From a virus (Duplodnaviria; Caudoviricetes), in IMG/VR virus record IMGVR_UViG_3300042445_001485: 64,000 nt of DNA; one strand, given 5' to 3'. Under the pieces are notes generated by a model. The model made no database searches. It worked only from the letters and a program-made list of their open reading frames with translations, and was not told the origin of the DNA. The translations under genes and the position numbers were made by a program. This document shows positions 54,878 to 63,813 of the stretch, one piece after another. Numbering within the stretch: the stretch's first letter is position 1; each line of letters begins with the position of its first letter.

Positions 54878-56794
54878 TTAGTTTTCTAATTTCAACATAG
54901 TTACAGTAATAGTAACATTGGCTGTATCAGCACTGGTTACAGTTGCTTTCAGTGGTATATTGGTATTGGCCGTGTTCTCGTTGTTAAATCCGTATACCGC
55001 CGGAGTAAAAAATTGTGTAATATTTCCCACATTAATAGTTTGGGCAATGATGCCTGTTCCTGTTGGTGGCGTTTCTCCAACCAGTCTGGAATAGTCTGTT
55101 ACTCGTGCCGCAAGATTGGAATATATTGTTACCCAAACATTGGCCGTTGTATTGGCTGAAGTTCCTATGCTGTATAATGCATAACCTTTAAAACCAGTTA
55201 TGTTGATGTTGCCACCCACATTAGATGTTAACACAGTTGGTGTAGCAATCACGGCTGTTCGGGAAACAGTCAACGCAGTAATAGCATCTGCTTGAACACC
55301 TGCATTACTAGTCCATGCAGTTGTGACGGTGCTGTTTTGTGCATCAACATATGACTTCATTGAGGTGTTTGCTGTGACAATAGCGGCATTGGCACCAATT
55401 ATAGAATTGTGTTGCGCTAATGCATTACCAGTCAATGCAGTAATGGCATCTGCTTGTACACCGGCATTGCTGGTCAATGCAACTATAGAATTGTGTTGCG
55501 TGGCCGCATTGGCCGCAACGTTTGCAATAAGAACATGTGTAATTGCAACAATGTTGCCTTGTAGTATGCTAATGGCATCTGATTGTACACCGGCATTGCT
55601 TTGTAGACTAGAAATGGCATCTGCCTGCACCCCGGCATTGCTGGCCAATGCAGTAATCAATCCCGCTTGACTTGCGGCATTGCTTTGTAGACTAGAAATG
55701 GCATCTGCCTGCACCCCGGCATTGCTGGCCAATGCAGTAATCAATCCCGCCTGACTTGCGGCGTTGGCAGTCCAGGCAGTGGTAACGGCTGAATCCTGTG
55801 CATCCACATAACTTTTCATTGCTGTATTGGCTAACACAATTGCGGCGTTGGCACCTGTGACCCAACTTTGTGTGGTTGATATTTGTTCGTCAGCATATGA
55901 CTTTAGAGCAGTATTGGCTGTGACAATGGCCGAATTACTGCCAGTAATCTTACTTTCTAAATTGCCCAACCAGGTTACCATTACACCACCAAAACTAGCA
56001 TTGTTGCTCAATGCTGTGCCAATTTCAAGCAGGGTGTCTAGTGCAGTAGAAGCACCACCGGTTAGTGTGGTAAACCGTGTGTCCACATAACTGGTCAATG
56101 TTGTACTGGCCGTGGTTATTTGGTAGTCGGTGTAGGCTTTTAATGCTGTGTTGCCTGCTTCCCACCCATAGGTTCCTGCATCAACATAATTCTTCATTGC
56201 TGTGTTGGCAGTAATAATTGCCGCATTGGCCCCTGCTATCTGATTTGCTTGAGCACCTGCGTTTGCAGTCCATGCTGTGGAAATTGCAGAAGTTTGTGCA
56301 TCAACATAGCTCTTCATTGCTGTGTTGGCTGACACAACAACAGCGTTACCAGCACTGACTCTGCTGGTTAATAATATGTTGCCCAGTTGCAAGTTGTCTA
56401 CATCTACATCTCTACTGTATTGACTAGATTGTAGTGAGCTAATTTGTCCACGAATGGAAGCGAGATCTTCGGCAGCAATGGCAGTTGAAATTTGTGTACC
56501 AATTGCAGTAACATTAGGCAATAAACTGTTGACATAAGTTAAATTGGCATAATTAGTCAAGTTGTTTTGTACAATGGTGCTGACATTGCCAATGCTGACA
56601 GCGCCGGGTATATCATTGATGGTCAAAGTGACATTGCCTGACCGAGCATTTATGCTGTATACTCCAGCAGTCAAGTTGCCGCCGACCAGTGAAACTTGGT
56701 AGAAGTTTCGATTTACCTTATCAAATGCAACACGCAATGAATCACCAGAGTGATCTCCTGCGGTTACACCTAAATTAATGTTAGCAAAGCTCAT
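54878..56794 (-). CDS. Coiled-coil fibre protein
   Basis: N-terminal GDHSGDSLRVAF anchor, ANTAMKSYVDAQ and SNAGVQADAI repeats. Confidence 0.75.
   Translation of the reverse strand: MSFANINLGVTAGDHSGDSLRVAFDKVNRNFYQVSLVGGNLTAGVYSINARSGNVTLTINDIPGAVSIGNVSTIVQNNLTNYANLTYVNSLLPNVTAIGTQISTAIAAEDLASIRGQISSLQSSQYSRDVDVDNLQLGNILLTSRVSAGNAVVVSANTAMKSYVDAQTSAISTAWTANAGAQANQIAGANAAIITANTAMKNYVDAGTYGWEAGNTALKAYTDYQITTASTTLTSYVDTRFTTLTGGASTALDTLLEIGTALSNNASFGGVMVTWLGNLESKITGSNSAIVTANTALKSYADEQISTTQSWVTGANAAIVLANTAMKSYVDAQDSAVTTAWTANAASQAGLITALASNAGVQADAISSLQSNAASQAGLITALASNAGVQADAISSLQSNAGVQSDAISILQGNIVAITHVLIANVAANAATQHNSIVALTSNAGVQADAITALTGNALAQHNSIIGANAAIVTANTSMKSYVDAQNSTVTTAWTSNAGVQADAITALTVSRTAVIATPTVLTSNVGGNINITGFKGYALYSIGTSANTTANVWVTIYSNLAARVTDYSRLVGETPPTGTGIIAQTINVGNITQFFTPAVYGFNNENTANTNIPLKATVTSADTANVTITVTMLKLEN
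55592..55759. repeat. 84-bp near-perfect tandem duplication within the fibre gene
   Basis: GGCATTGCTTTGTAGACTAG...GACTTGC at 55592 and 55676, one mismatch seen. Confidence 0.88.
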
Positions 56795-56856
56795 GTGAGA
56801 AACCTATCGTTTATGCAGTATTTAGCAAAACGAGCAGGTTACTCTACCGGGTGTGT

Positions 56857-57183
56857 TTAGGCTGGACTAAAACTGCTTCCGCAACCGCAGGTTGTTTGTG
56901 CGTTAGGATTTTCGATGGCAAATTGACTGCCCATCAGGTCTTCTTTGTAGTTGATTTTGGCTCCCTGCAGGTATTGACTGCTCATCGAGTCCACCAGCAA
57001 GTGTACACCATTGATATCCAAATCAAAGTCATCTTCGTTGGCTATTTCGTCAAAGGTAAAGCCATAGCTCATGCCCGAACATCCGCCACCCTGCACAAAT
57101 ATGCGTAGTTTAAGATCCGGGTTGTTTTCTTCTGCGATCAAATCGCGTATTTTGTCTGTTGCTGAGTCTGTTAGTGTAATCAT
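56857..57183 (-). CDS. erpA: A-type Fe-S carrier (ErpA/IscA)
   Basis: [36 protein letters not shown]. Confidence 0.88.
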   Translation of the reverse strand: MITLTDSATDKIRDLIAEENNPDLKLRIFVQGGGCSGMSYGFTFDEIANEDDFDLDINGVHLLVDSMSSQYLQGAKINYKEDLMGSQFAIENPNAQTTCGCGSSFSPA

Positions 57184-57731
57184 TGGGTTCCTGATAGTCT
57201 GTGGTTTATGATGTTCCAATCAATGATGCGCCACAGCCCATCAATGTATTTGCCTTTGTTTGAGCCATAGTCATTGACCCAGGCATGTTCCCACCAATCA
57301 ATCAACAGAGCAATGTCTGTGCGTTTGGCGTGATTGCTGATGGTTTTGATAGTACCGGCTCGGCTCAGGTAAATCCAATTGCTACCCTGTAATTTCATTG
57401 CTTGGTCTTTGAGCTCTCGTTTAAAGTCATCAAACGAACCAAACTTTCTTGTAATTAGTGCATCAATGGTGCCAGTGGGTCGATTGCCTGTGCGTGGACT
57501 GCGGAATTGTGTGAACCAGATGTTGTGCAAAAACGCACCTGCTTCGTTGAAATTGCGATCACCTTCTCGATTGTTGTAACGGTCAACATAACCTCGGTAT
57601 AATTTTCCATAATGTAGATCTATGGTGGTCTTGCTCATCACCGGACTCAATGCACCGGTACCGTAGGGCAGTTTGACCTGTGCCAAGTCCTGTCCGCTTT
57701 TGTCTTCAATCAAGTCAATAATTTCACGCAT
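57180..57731 (-). CDS. Fe/Mn superoxide dismutase with N-terminal extension
   Basis: [27 protein letters not shown] (all four metal ligands). TAAATA at 57741-57736. Confidence 0.87.
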   Translation of the reverse strand: MREIIDLIEDKSGQDLAQVKLPYGTGALSPVMSKTTIDLHYGKLYRGYVDRYNNREGDRNFNEAGAFLHNIWFTQFRSPRTGNRPTGTIDALITRKFGSFDDFKRELKDQAMKLQGSNWIYLSRAGTIKTISNHAKRTDIALLIDWWEHAWVNDYGSNKGKYIDGLWRIIDWNIINHRLSGTQ

Positions 57732-57738
57732 CTAGTAT

Positions 57739-58404
57739 TTATGGTTGCAATTGCCATAAATCATCGGCTACTTTTTTCCAAGATAATGCATCGTTAACAT
57801 AATCATCATCTGTGCAAACTCTGAGTATTTGTTTTCTACCTGAAAACATGCTGTCGATTGGATCAATGATATCGGTGTTCTGATGCCAGGCGGCAGTACA
57901 GCTGGGAATAGAATACACTTGCAACCATGGTTGATTTTCTCTAATCATTTCTAGTAGATAGTTGAATCCTAGATTCTTGGTATGTGTACACAACGGCCAT
58001 GTGCTGCCAACTATAACTAATTTATGTAATCCTGTTTGTCTCATGTATTCTTCAAGTCCGCGAATTGTTGGAATAAAAATAGAGTTACTGCCATTGGCCA
58101 ATTCATGCAACTGAATACATAATGTTTCAGTGCCTAGCATGGAGACATAATCTTGTACGCTTTGTTGTTGTTCTGCCAATGTAGTTGCTTGTGCCACCTG
58201 GGACTTGAAATAATGCACAACATCTTGTGTTATGATATCCAAACTTAAAAATGTTGTGTGGAATATAAATTGATCAAAGTCAAATTTGGCCAGGGTTTTG
58301 ATCATGTTGTCATAAAAATTAACACCAGGCTCTAGTCCGACCCAGTTTATATGATTGAACTGGTCCCAACAATCAATAAAAACCACATAAGTTTTTTCGT
58401 TCAT
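57739..58404 (-). CDS. Cysteine-hydrolase/isochorismatase-like protein
   Basis: VVFIDCW and LVIVG...LC pattern, weak. Confidence 0.4.
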   Translation of the reverse strand: MNEKTYVVFIDCWDQFNHINWVGLEPGVNFYDNMIKTLAKFDFDQFIFHTTFLSLDIITQDVVHYFKSQVAQATTLAEQQQSVQDYVSMLGTETLCIQLHELANGSNSIFIPTIRGLEEYMRQTGLHKLVIVGSTWPLCTHTKNLGFNYLLEMIRENQPWLQVYSIPSCTAAWHQNTDIIDPIDSMFSGRKQILRVCTDDDYVNDALSWKKVADDLWQLQP

Positions 58405-58619
58405 TTGTTTCGATACACTACTCGTCCTCGAGTTAGATCGTAAGGACTCATTTCTACTTCAACACTGTCGCCTAGTAGTATGCGTATGTTATTTTGTCGC
58501 AGTCTACCGCTGATGGTGGCAGTGATGCTGTGACTTTCGTTGATTCTGATCCTGAACATGGCATTGGGCAACACATCCTCTACTTTGCCCTCTAACCTAA
58601 TTAGATCCTCTTTACTCAT
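58401..58619 (-). CDS. infA: Translation initiation factor IF-1
   Basis: [38 protein letters not shown]. Confidence 0.92.
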   Translation of the reverse strand: MSKEDLIRLEGKVEDVLPNAMFRIRINESHSITATISGRLRQNNIRILLGDSVEVEMSPYDLTRGRVVYRNK

Positions 58620-59247
58620 GATAACTTAACATGATTCCATGCCTTTCTTTCAATTTTAAAAACTCCTCTGCTGAAAAACTAATACTCAATTGCATCCTGG
58701 GACTGGTTAGACCCACCACACCATGTATAACTTTGCCAAAAAGCATGGTCCAAGATTTAACAGGAAAAATCTCTGTATGAACAACATTCAAATTACTGTT
58801 GTCTGGCCATTGCATTGCATCACCTTCTCTGTAAAGGTTGTATCCGGGTTGTTGATACCAACGTGTTTCAACTTGTTCGCCACCGGTGTCTATGAGATAA
58901 TTTAATATATAACGCCTAGGACCACCATCTGTGTGCGGGAAAAATGCATCTCCGTTACGCATGACTTGACTGCCCATTTGTGAATACTCAGATGCAATAT
59001 TATCACGAATCCATTCGTCTGTTAATTTTCCTAGATTATATCGTCGATACATTGCACGGCTATATTTTTCTTTGCCAACAAAGAAATGACTAGAGTTGTG
59101 TATGACTTTTAGTTGTCGATCTGTAATAGTTTTTCTAATGGTAAATTGTGGATCGTTGTCGTTTTTTATAGATGCCACAATCTCTGCCACTACACCAGCT
59201 GGTGGCAACGGCATATCACAAATACAAAAGAAATCGTTGGCGATCAT
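58612..59247 (-). CDS. 2OG-Fe(II) oxygenase-like protein
   Basis: PHTDG...IHGV...R (HxD..H..R). Confidence 0.6.
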   Translation of the reverse strand: MIANDFFCICDMPLPPAGVVAEIVASIKNDNDPQFTIRKTITDRQLKVIHNSSHFFVGKEKYSRAMYRRYNLGKLTDEWIRDNIASEYSQMGSQVMRNGDAFFPHTDGGPRRYILNYLIDTGGEQVETRWYQQPGYNLYREGDAMQWPDNSNLNVVHTEIFPVKSWTMLFGKVIHGVVGLTSPRMQLSISFSAEEFLKLKERHGIMLSYHE

Positions 59248-59774
59248 TGATTTCTATATGCCAATAGGTAATCACGCACTTGTTGATAAGTGGCATCTGC
59301 AATAGGAACTCGTAATAAGTATCTTGGTTCTCGACTTAGATTAATAACACAATGTTCAACTGTGCTATCAAATACTGTGGGTCTGAACTGTTCATAGTCG
59401 CATTGATATATGTTGTATTGTAAAGGAATATTTGTTTTAGTTCTAAAAAGCGTTATGCATTTGTCAGGGCTAGACAGTAAAATGTTTATGCCAGTTGTTA
59501 CTCCACCTTTATCTGTATGCCAATCATATAACCCTTCTGGATCAGTCTTGGCATATACTGCGCCCAATACTCCGGGAAATGTTTTTTTTAGCATGATATA
59601 AAATGGATGCAACATAAAATGCATCTTAAAGTCTTTGCCAGTCTTACTATTCAAATTGAGTTTTGTAAATGAACCATGCTCAATGGGGGTTTCGTAATTG
59701 AGTTGTTCTGCATGTTCTAAAAACTTGGCGGGTATCAATGGAAGGTGTGTTAAATGACAGAAAAAGTCGTTCAT
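59244..59774 (-). CDS. 2OG-Fe(II) oxygenase-like protein
   Basis: WHTDK...EHCV...R. Confidence 0.6.
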   Translation of the reverse strand: MNDFFCHLTHLPLIPAKFLEHAEQLNYETPIEHGSFTKLNLNSKTGKDFKMHFMLHPFYIMLKKTFPGVLGAVYAKTDPEGLYDWHTDKGGVTTGINILLSSPDKCITLFRTKTNIPLQYNIYQCDYEQFRPTVFDSTVEHCVINLSREPRYLLRVPIADATYQQVRDYLLAYRNQ

Positions 59775-59777
59775 AAA

Positions 59778-60170
59778 TTATCTACGCATATTACTTATAG
59801 CCACAGCTTCATCATCACTAAAAATAGGAACAGCATTTGATTTGTGCATGGTACCAATGCCTAGCATTTTGGTACCTGTGTATTGTGGGATTTTTTTACT
59901 GCTGATAGGTCCTGCGTGTCCTGTATCCCTACTAGGGATATGTGCAGTACTACGGTCTGTTGGAGTATTTAGTCGATATACCAAAGGTTCGGCCTTCATT
60001 GCTCGCTTGCGACGCTTTTCGTCAGCATCAATTTCCCACTTCTTTTGCAGTTGTTTCCACAATTCATCTAGTTCGCGGGCCTTGCGAGCTTCTTCGGCAT
60101 TGCGAAATTTTACTCGGCCTTTTTTCTTGCCGTTGAGACTAAGGCTGGGGTGATGTAGGTGCATGGTCAT
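59778..60170 (-). CDS. Basic phage hypothetical protein
   Basis: MHL..., YTGTKMLGIGTMHKSNAVPIF. Confidence 0.68.
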   Translation of the reverse strand: MTMHLHHPSLSLNGKKKGRVKFRNAEEARKARELDELWKQLQKKWEIDADEKRRKRAMKAEPLVYRLNTPTDRSTAHIPSRDTGHAGPISSKKIPQYTGTKMLGIGTMHKSNAVPIFSDDEAVAISNMRR

Positions 60171-60499
60171 ATTGTTTGCTTCTGTTTGAAAGGAAAGGAA
60201 TGCTGTGTGTTTTCGGGCTGTTTGCAAATGCCACTTCGATCTGGCAACATTGATCTATCGGTGCAGATACCTTTTGCAGTACACATCAAATCGTCTGTGA
60301 CACTGGGTTTCTCTAGTCTTGACTGCGGCGGGCATTGTTTGTTCTTTTCTTTGGGATCAAAGAACTTTACGCAATAACCTCTGTTGCTCCAGTGTAGCCC
60401 CATGGGGCATGCCACTCGTTCTGCACTGATTGGGATCATGTCGTTGGCTGTCACTGCCGATGAGCACAGTAACAATCCAACAAGAAGATCCTTAATCAT
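60167..60499 (-). CDS. Exported Cys-rich protein
   Basis: Signal peptide and 6 Cys in the mature part. ATG 6 nt after a -10 box. Confidence 0.6.
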   Translation of the reverse strand: MIKDLLVGLLLCSSAVTANDMIPISAERVACPMGLHWSNRGYCVKFFDPKEKNKQCPPQSRLEKPSVTDDLMCTAKGICTDRSMLPDRSGICKQPENTQHSFPFKQKQTI

Positions 60500-60505
60500 G
60501 CCATT

Positions 60506-60534
60506 ATTGTAACAAATTATTCTTTATTTGTCAA
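60506..60534 (-). promoter_or_regulatory. Sigma70-type promoter (probably leaderless transcript)
   Basis: TTGACA-N17-TACAAT-N6-ATG. Confidence 0.75.
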
Positions 60535-60840
60535 ATCCAAAACGGCTGTCTTCAGCGTTTCTGCGTAATTGAGTGCTTGTTGTTGGGTCATAATAATACT
60601 GGCCTCGTATTCCACATAACCTCGTGTCAACAAGTGCCATGCGGTGATCCAACGGTTCTGTTCCCAAAATTTGGATTTTTGTTTGGTATATGTGGTCACT
60701 GTGATTGAATTGCTGTCAGTTTCAACCCATACCGTGTGGGTATGATCATCGGCGCCACACTCACACACAACTTGGTATGTTTTTGCATCTTCAAATTCTT
60801 TTAGTTTTAGGATGCCTTCTGCTGGTGTTTCGGGTGTCAT
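60517..60840 (-). CDS. Hypothetical protein
   Basis: 107 aa with CECG...H motif. Confidence 0.65.
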   Translation of the reverse strand: MTPETPAEGILKLKEFEDAKTYQVVCECGADDHTHTVWVETDSNSITVTTYTKQKSKFWEQNRWITAWHLLTRGYVEYEASIIMTQQQALNYAETLKTAVLDLTNKE

Positions 60841-61214
60841 GGTATTTCTTTGATGGTATATTTAACTTCGTGAACCCCATCGTATTTGACCAATTTCCAA
60901 TCGGTATTGGCTGTTACAACTTCTTCGGTGGGCAACAAGAATATATGTTCGGGGAATCGATATTTTAGAACTTCTATTATATCTTCTACAGTTTGACCTT
61001 GTCCCAAAAATGCATGATCATCTTCGTCAAACCAGTAAGTAACTCCGTTGACATCTTCTATTTTAACTCGATGTATAACACTATCCAAGTATTGTTTCAT
61101 AGCCGTATATCGCTGTTCTTTGTTTTCAGCCACAGATTGTGCCACAGATTGTGCCACTCTAAAAATAAAATAGTAAAATACTGTCCATCCCAAAAATTCT
61201 ATAATACCGTCCAT
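60837..61214 (-). CDS. Membrane-anchored hypothetical protein
   Basis: N-terminal TM, FLGQG. TAAATA upstream at 61236-61231. Confidence 0.65.
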   Translation of the reverse strand: MDGIIEFLGWTVFYYFIFRVAQSVAQSVAENKEQRYTAMKQYLDSVIHRVKIEDVNGVTYWFDEDDHAFLGQGQTVEDIIEVLKYRFPEHIFLLPTEEVVTANTDWKLVKYDGVHEVKYTIKEIP

Positions 61215-61240
61215 TTTGATCTCCCTTTACTATTTACACA

Positions 61241-62068
61241 TTAAGTCCAAAGACCACGCCGGATCTTAACCAACCGAATCATCATTGCCTCATCTTCCTG
61301 ATGTCTTGCTTCTTCGATTTCATGCACACGACCATATATGGCTCTTTTTTCTTTGCGCTCCTGTGCAGTCAGATGTTTCTCGTCGGGATCAAAATCCATT
61401 TTGCCATACTTGGCTGCCATGCGATCATGGAATTCCTTAAACCCTGATTCTTCGTATTCGTCTCTGCGGGTTGCTCTAATATCTTTCCACCAGGTGTACA
61501 AGGTCAGCACCTCGCGGGCATGTTCTGCTTGACTGAGATTACGGTCCTGCACTGGCAAGGCTGGATCATCTAGGGTCATGCACCATTTCAAATAGTCAAT
61601 GCCGGCCGCGGGACAACGCCACTCGCGCCAGTAAACCAACCAATTGTCTCTCCACCAGGGCATGTTGTGTTTTTTGCGGGCTTTTTCGTCCCATACACAA
61701 GTATGCCAGGCCTGTTCCACTTCAACAAAATCTACTAATTCTGTAAACATGCCGTGCAAGATGCGAGTTTCGTATTCGTGCCAAACACCGTGTTCCAGAT
61801 CTGTGCGAACCATGTGTGTTTGTCTGACAAATCGATTACGCAAGTAATAAGACACATTGTAAATTGGATCAACAATCCACTGTGCAGGTTTTTCCAACCA
61901 GTCGGGTAGTATTTCTGTCACGAAGTATGCAACAGGGCGCGAAGCCTTTAGTTCGTCTTCCCATTTGGCCCATCCGCCCCAGGCTAGGGCACGAGGCTTT
62001 TCAATTCGGAAAACAGATCGTCTCAGCCAAATAAATAGCCAACTGTCTTGATAGTTTCTTGATTGCAT
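61241..62068 (-). CDS. Trp-rich phage hypothetical protein
   Basis: 275 aa ending MMIRLVKIRRGLWT. Confidence 0.7.
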   Translation of the reverse strand: MQSRNYQDSWLFIWLRRSVFRIEKPRALAWGGWAKWEDELKASRPVAYFVTEILPDWLEKPAQWIVDPIYNVSYYLRNRFVRQTHMVRTDLEHGVWHEYETRILHGMFTELVDFVEVEQAWHTCVWDEKARKKHNMPWWRDNWLVYWREWRCPAAGIDYLKWCMTLDDPALPVQDRNLSQAEHAREVLTLYTWWKDIRATRRDEYEESGFKEFHDRMAAKYGKMDFDPDEKHLTAQERKEKRAIYGRVHEIEEARHQEDEAMMIRLVKIRRGLWT

Positions 62069-62346
62069 TAGGTGTTCTTTAGTATATCCATTACACTACC
62101 AATTTTAAACTCAACGCGAGTTGTTGTCAACTGTTTTGGTTTATAATGCACATGGTCACGCAGATGGAATGTGGCAAAAACCTCAAATCCTCCCCACATG
62201 CTGTTCCATTTTTCGGGATTGCCAGGATAGGTTTCGGTACCATCTATGATTAGGTAGTACTTGTCCTTCCGTAATTCGACTGTGAGTTTTACCCGCATAG
62301 GTTTTACTCGTTCTTGAACTATATCAACAAATGGTATTTCAATCAT
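62068..62346 (-). CDS. Hypothetical protein
   Basis: 92-aa coupled ORF. Confidence 0.55.
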   Translation of the reverse strand: MIEIPFVDIVQERVKPMRVKLTVELRKDKYYLIIDGTETYPGNPEKWNSMWGGFEVFATFHLRDHVHYKPKQLTTTRVEFKIGSVMDILKNT

Positions 62347-63332
62347 TTTAATTCTGGGTTTATATCAATCATAACTTTACCTGTAGATTTCCTACTGGAA
62401 GCAAACTGTAGTGCATCGGTCGCTTGATCTAAAGGATATCGAGCAGTAATCTTCGGTAACAGTTTACCTTGTGCCAACCAATTTAATAGTATACCATAGT
62501 TAACATGTATTTCTTGTAGCCCGGCTTTGATAGAAGCTATGTTGTATACTCCAATTATGCTTCGTTCTTTCAATAACGCCAAGTTCAATGGGATCCTGGG
62601 AATTTCACCGGCGGCAAATCCAACACTCAGATATTTGCCTCTAAAAGCCAAACTACGGAAAGCAGGTTCTGCATATCGATCGCCCACTGTGTCAAATACA
62701 AAATTAACTCCGGCACCTCCGGTGAACTCCTCAACTTGTTCTTGCAAGTTTTCTGTGTTGTAGTTGATACACCAATCGGCTCCTATATCGCGACAGTATT
62801 GTAATTTTTCCTCTGACCCAGCGGCGGCAATAACTCGTGCGCCCATGACTTTGGCTATTTCAACAGCGGCACTACCAGTACCACCACTGGCTCCCAACAC
62901 CAATACTGTATTGCCTTCTTGTAATTGTCCTAAGTCCTTTAAACCGTGTAGTGCTGTAGAGTATGTGACACTTAGACAGGCCGCATGATCTAGTCTAGTA
63001 TTAGGTGACAATTTTTTAATTGCTTTTTCGTGTACCATTGCCTGTTGAACTATTGCACCTGTACCACATCCAACAAATACTCGATCACCCACCTTGCACG
63101 ATTTGACAGCGACTCCAACCTTGGATACTATTCCGGAAAATTCATGCCCGGGTACAAACGGTAGCGGTGGCCGGACTTGATATAGTCCTTGCACAATCAA
63201 CACATCGGGCCACGACACCGGTGCATAGGCAACATCAACTACTACTTCGGTAGGACCTGGTTTTGGTTCTGGTATGGAACGGACACGCATGGTGTCGATG
63301 GGTCCGTATTTGTGGCAAATTAATGCTTTCAT
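62343..63332 (-). CDS. NADPH:quinone oxidoreductase (zeta-crystallin/MDR family)
   Basis: PFVPGHEFSG, GDRV, GASGGTG, VFDTVG, GFAAG, TGKV. No Zn ligands. Confidence 0.9.
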   Translation of the reverse strand: MKALICHKYGPIDTMRVRSIPEPKPGPTEVVVDVAYAPVSWPDVLIVQGLYQVRPPLPFVPGHEFSGIVSKVGVAVKSCKVGDRVFVGCGTGAIVQQAMVHEKAIKKLSPNTRLDHAACLSVTYSTALHGLKDLGQLQEGNTVLVLGASGGTGSAAVEIAKVMGARVIAAAGSEEKLQYCRDIGADWCINYNTENLQEQVEEFTGGAGVNFVFDTVGDRYAEPAFRSLAFRGKYLSVGFAAGEIPRIPLNLALLKERSIIGVYNIASIKAGLQEIHVNYGILLNWLAQGKLLPKITARYPLDQATDALQFASSRKSTGKVMIDINPELK

Positions 63333-63568
63333 AAGTATTTCATCCTAAAAAATGTTTCTGCGGCATCATCATAAAAGTCCAAGTACATGGTTATCCTGTA
63401 TCCTGATCCCAGGTCACCATCGTTGACCCAGTGTTGGTGCAATCGCGTAGTAAATCCCAGTTCACGCCGCATGGTTTCTCTAATCAACAACACACTGGGT
63501 TTCCAACCGTATTCTGTTTTGAGCTGTTTACGGATTCGGGTCCATTGGTCTTCAGTCAGTGTGATCAT
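63329..63568 (-). CDS. Hypothetical protein
   Basis: RRELGFTTRLH...LDFYD. ATGA-coupled. Confidence 0.62.
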   Translation of the reverse strand: MITLTEDQWTRIRKQLKTEYGWKPSVLLIRETMRRELGFTTRLHQHWVNDGDLGSGYRITMYLDFYDDAAETFFRMKYL

Positions 63569-63813
63569 TTGCTGTACTTCAATTTCCAAAAGGTATAATC
63601 TTTTTCTTCAAGTTCGCCAACCACAGTAATACGGTATCCCCAGTTATCATTGTCTGCGTTGACATAAAAAGTCGGAGATTCTACACAATGCGCCATACAG
63701 TATTGTCCTGCTTCGGTTTGTTGCCATTCCCACAAAGGTTGTGACGCATACAGTTCTGGATCCTCTACATCACCCATGCGAAATTCATGCAGTAATGTTT
63801 TAACTACAGCCAT
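63565..63813 (-). CDS. Hypothetical protein
   Basis: HEFRMGDVEDPELYA...W. Confidence 0.65.
   Translation of the reverse strand: MAVVKTLLHEFRMGDVEDPELYASQPLWEWQQTEAGQYCMAHCVESPTFYVNADNDNWGYRITVVGELEEKDYTFWKLKYSK

Larger units (their letters stand above)
11549..61236. promoter_or_regulatory. Recurrent T4-like late promoter motif TAAATA at gene junctions
   Basis: Minus strand (plus-coordinate starts): 11549, 15244, 23848, 24754, 26390, 29425, 31513, 34373, 35582, 37131, 42903, 54804, 56819, 57736, 61231. Plus strand: 37114, 37740. Confidence 0.75.

Noticed and set aside
48020-56794. Diversity-generating retroelement acting on the fibres
   Set aside because: No reverse transcriptase and no template/variable repeat pair differing at adenines. 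The repeats are ordinary coiled-coil or beta-helix units.
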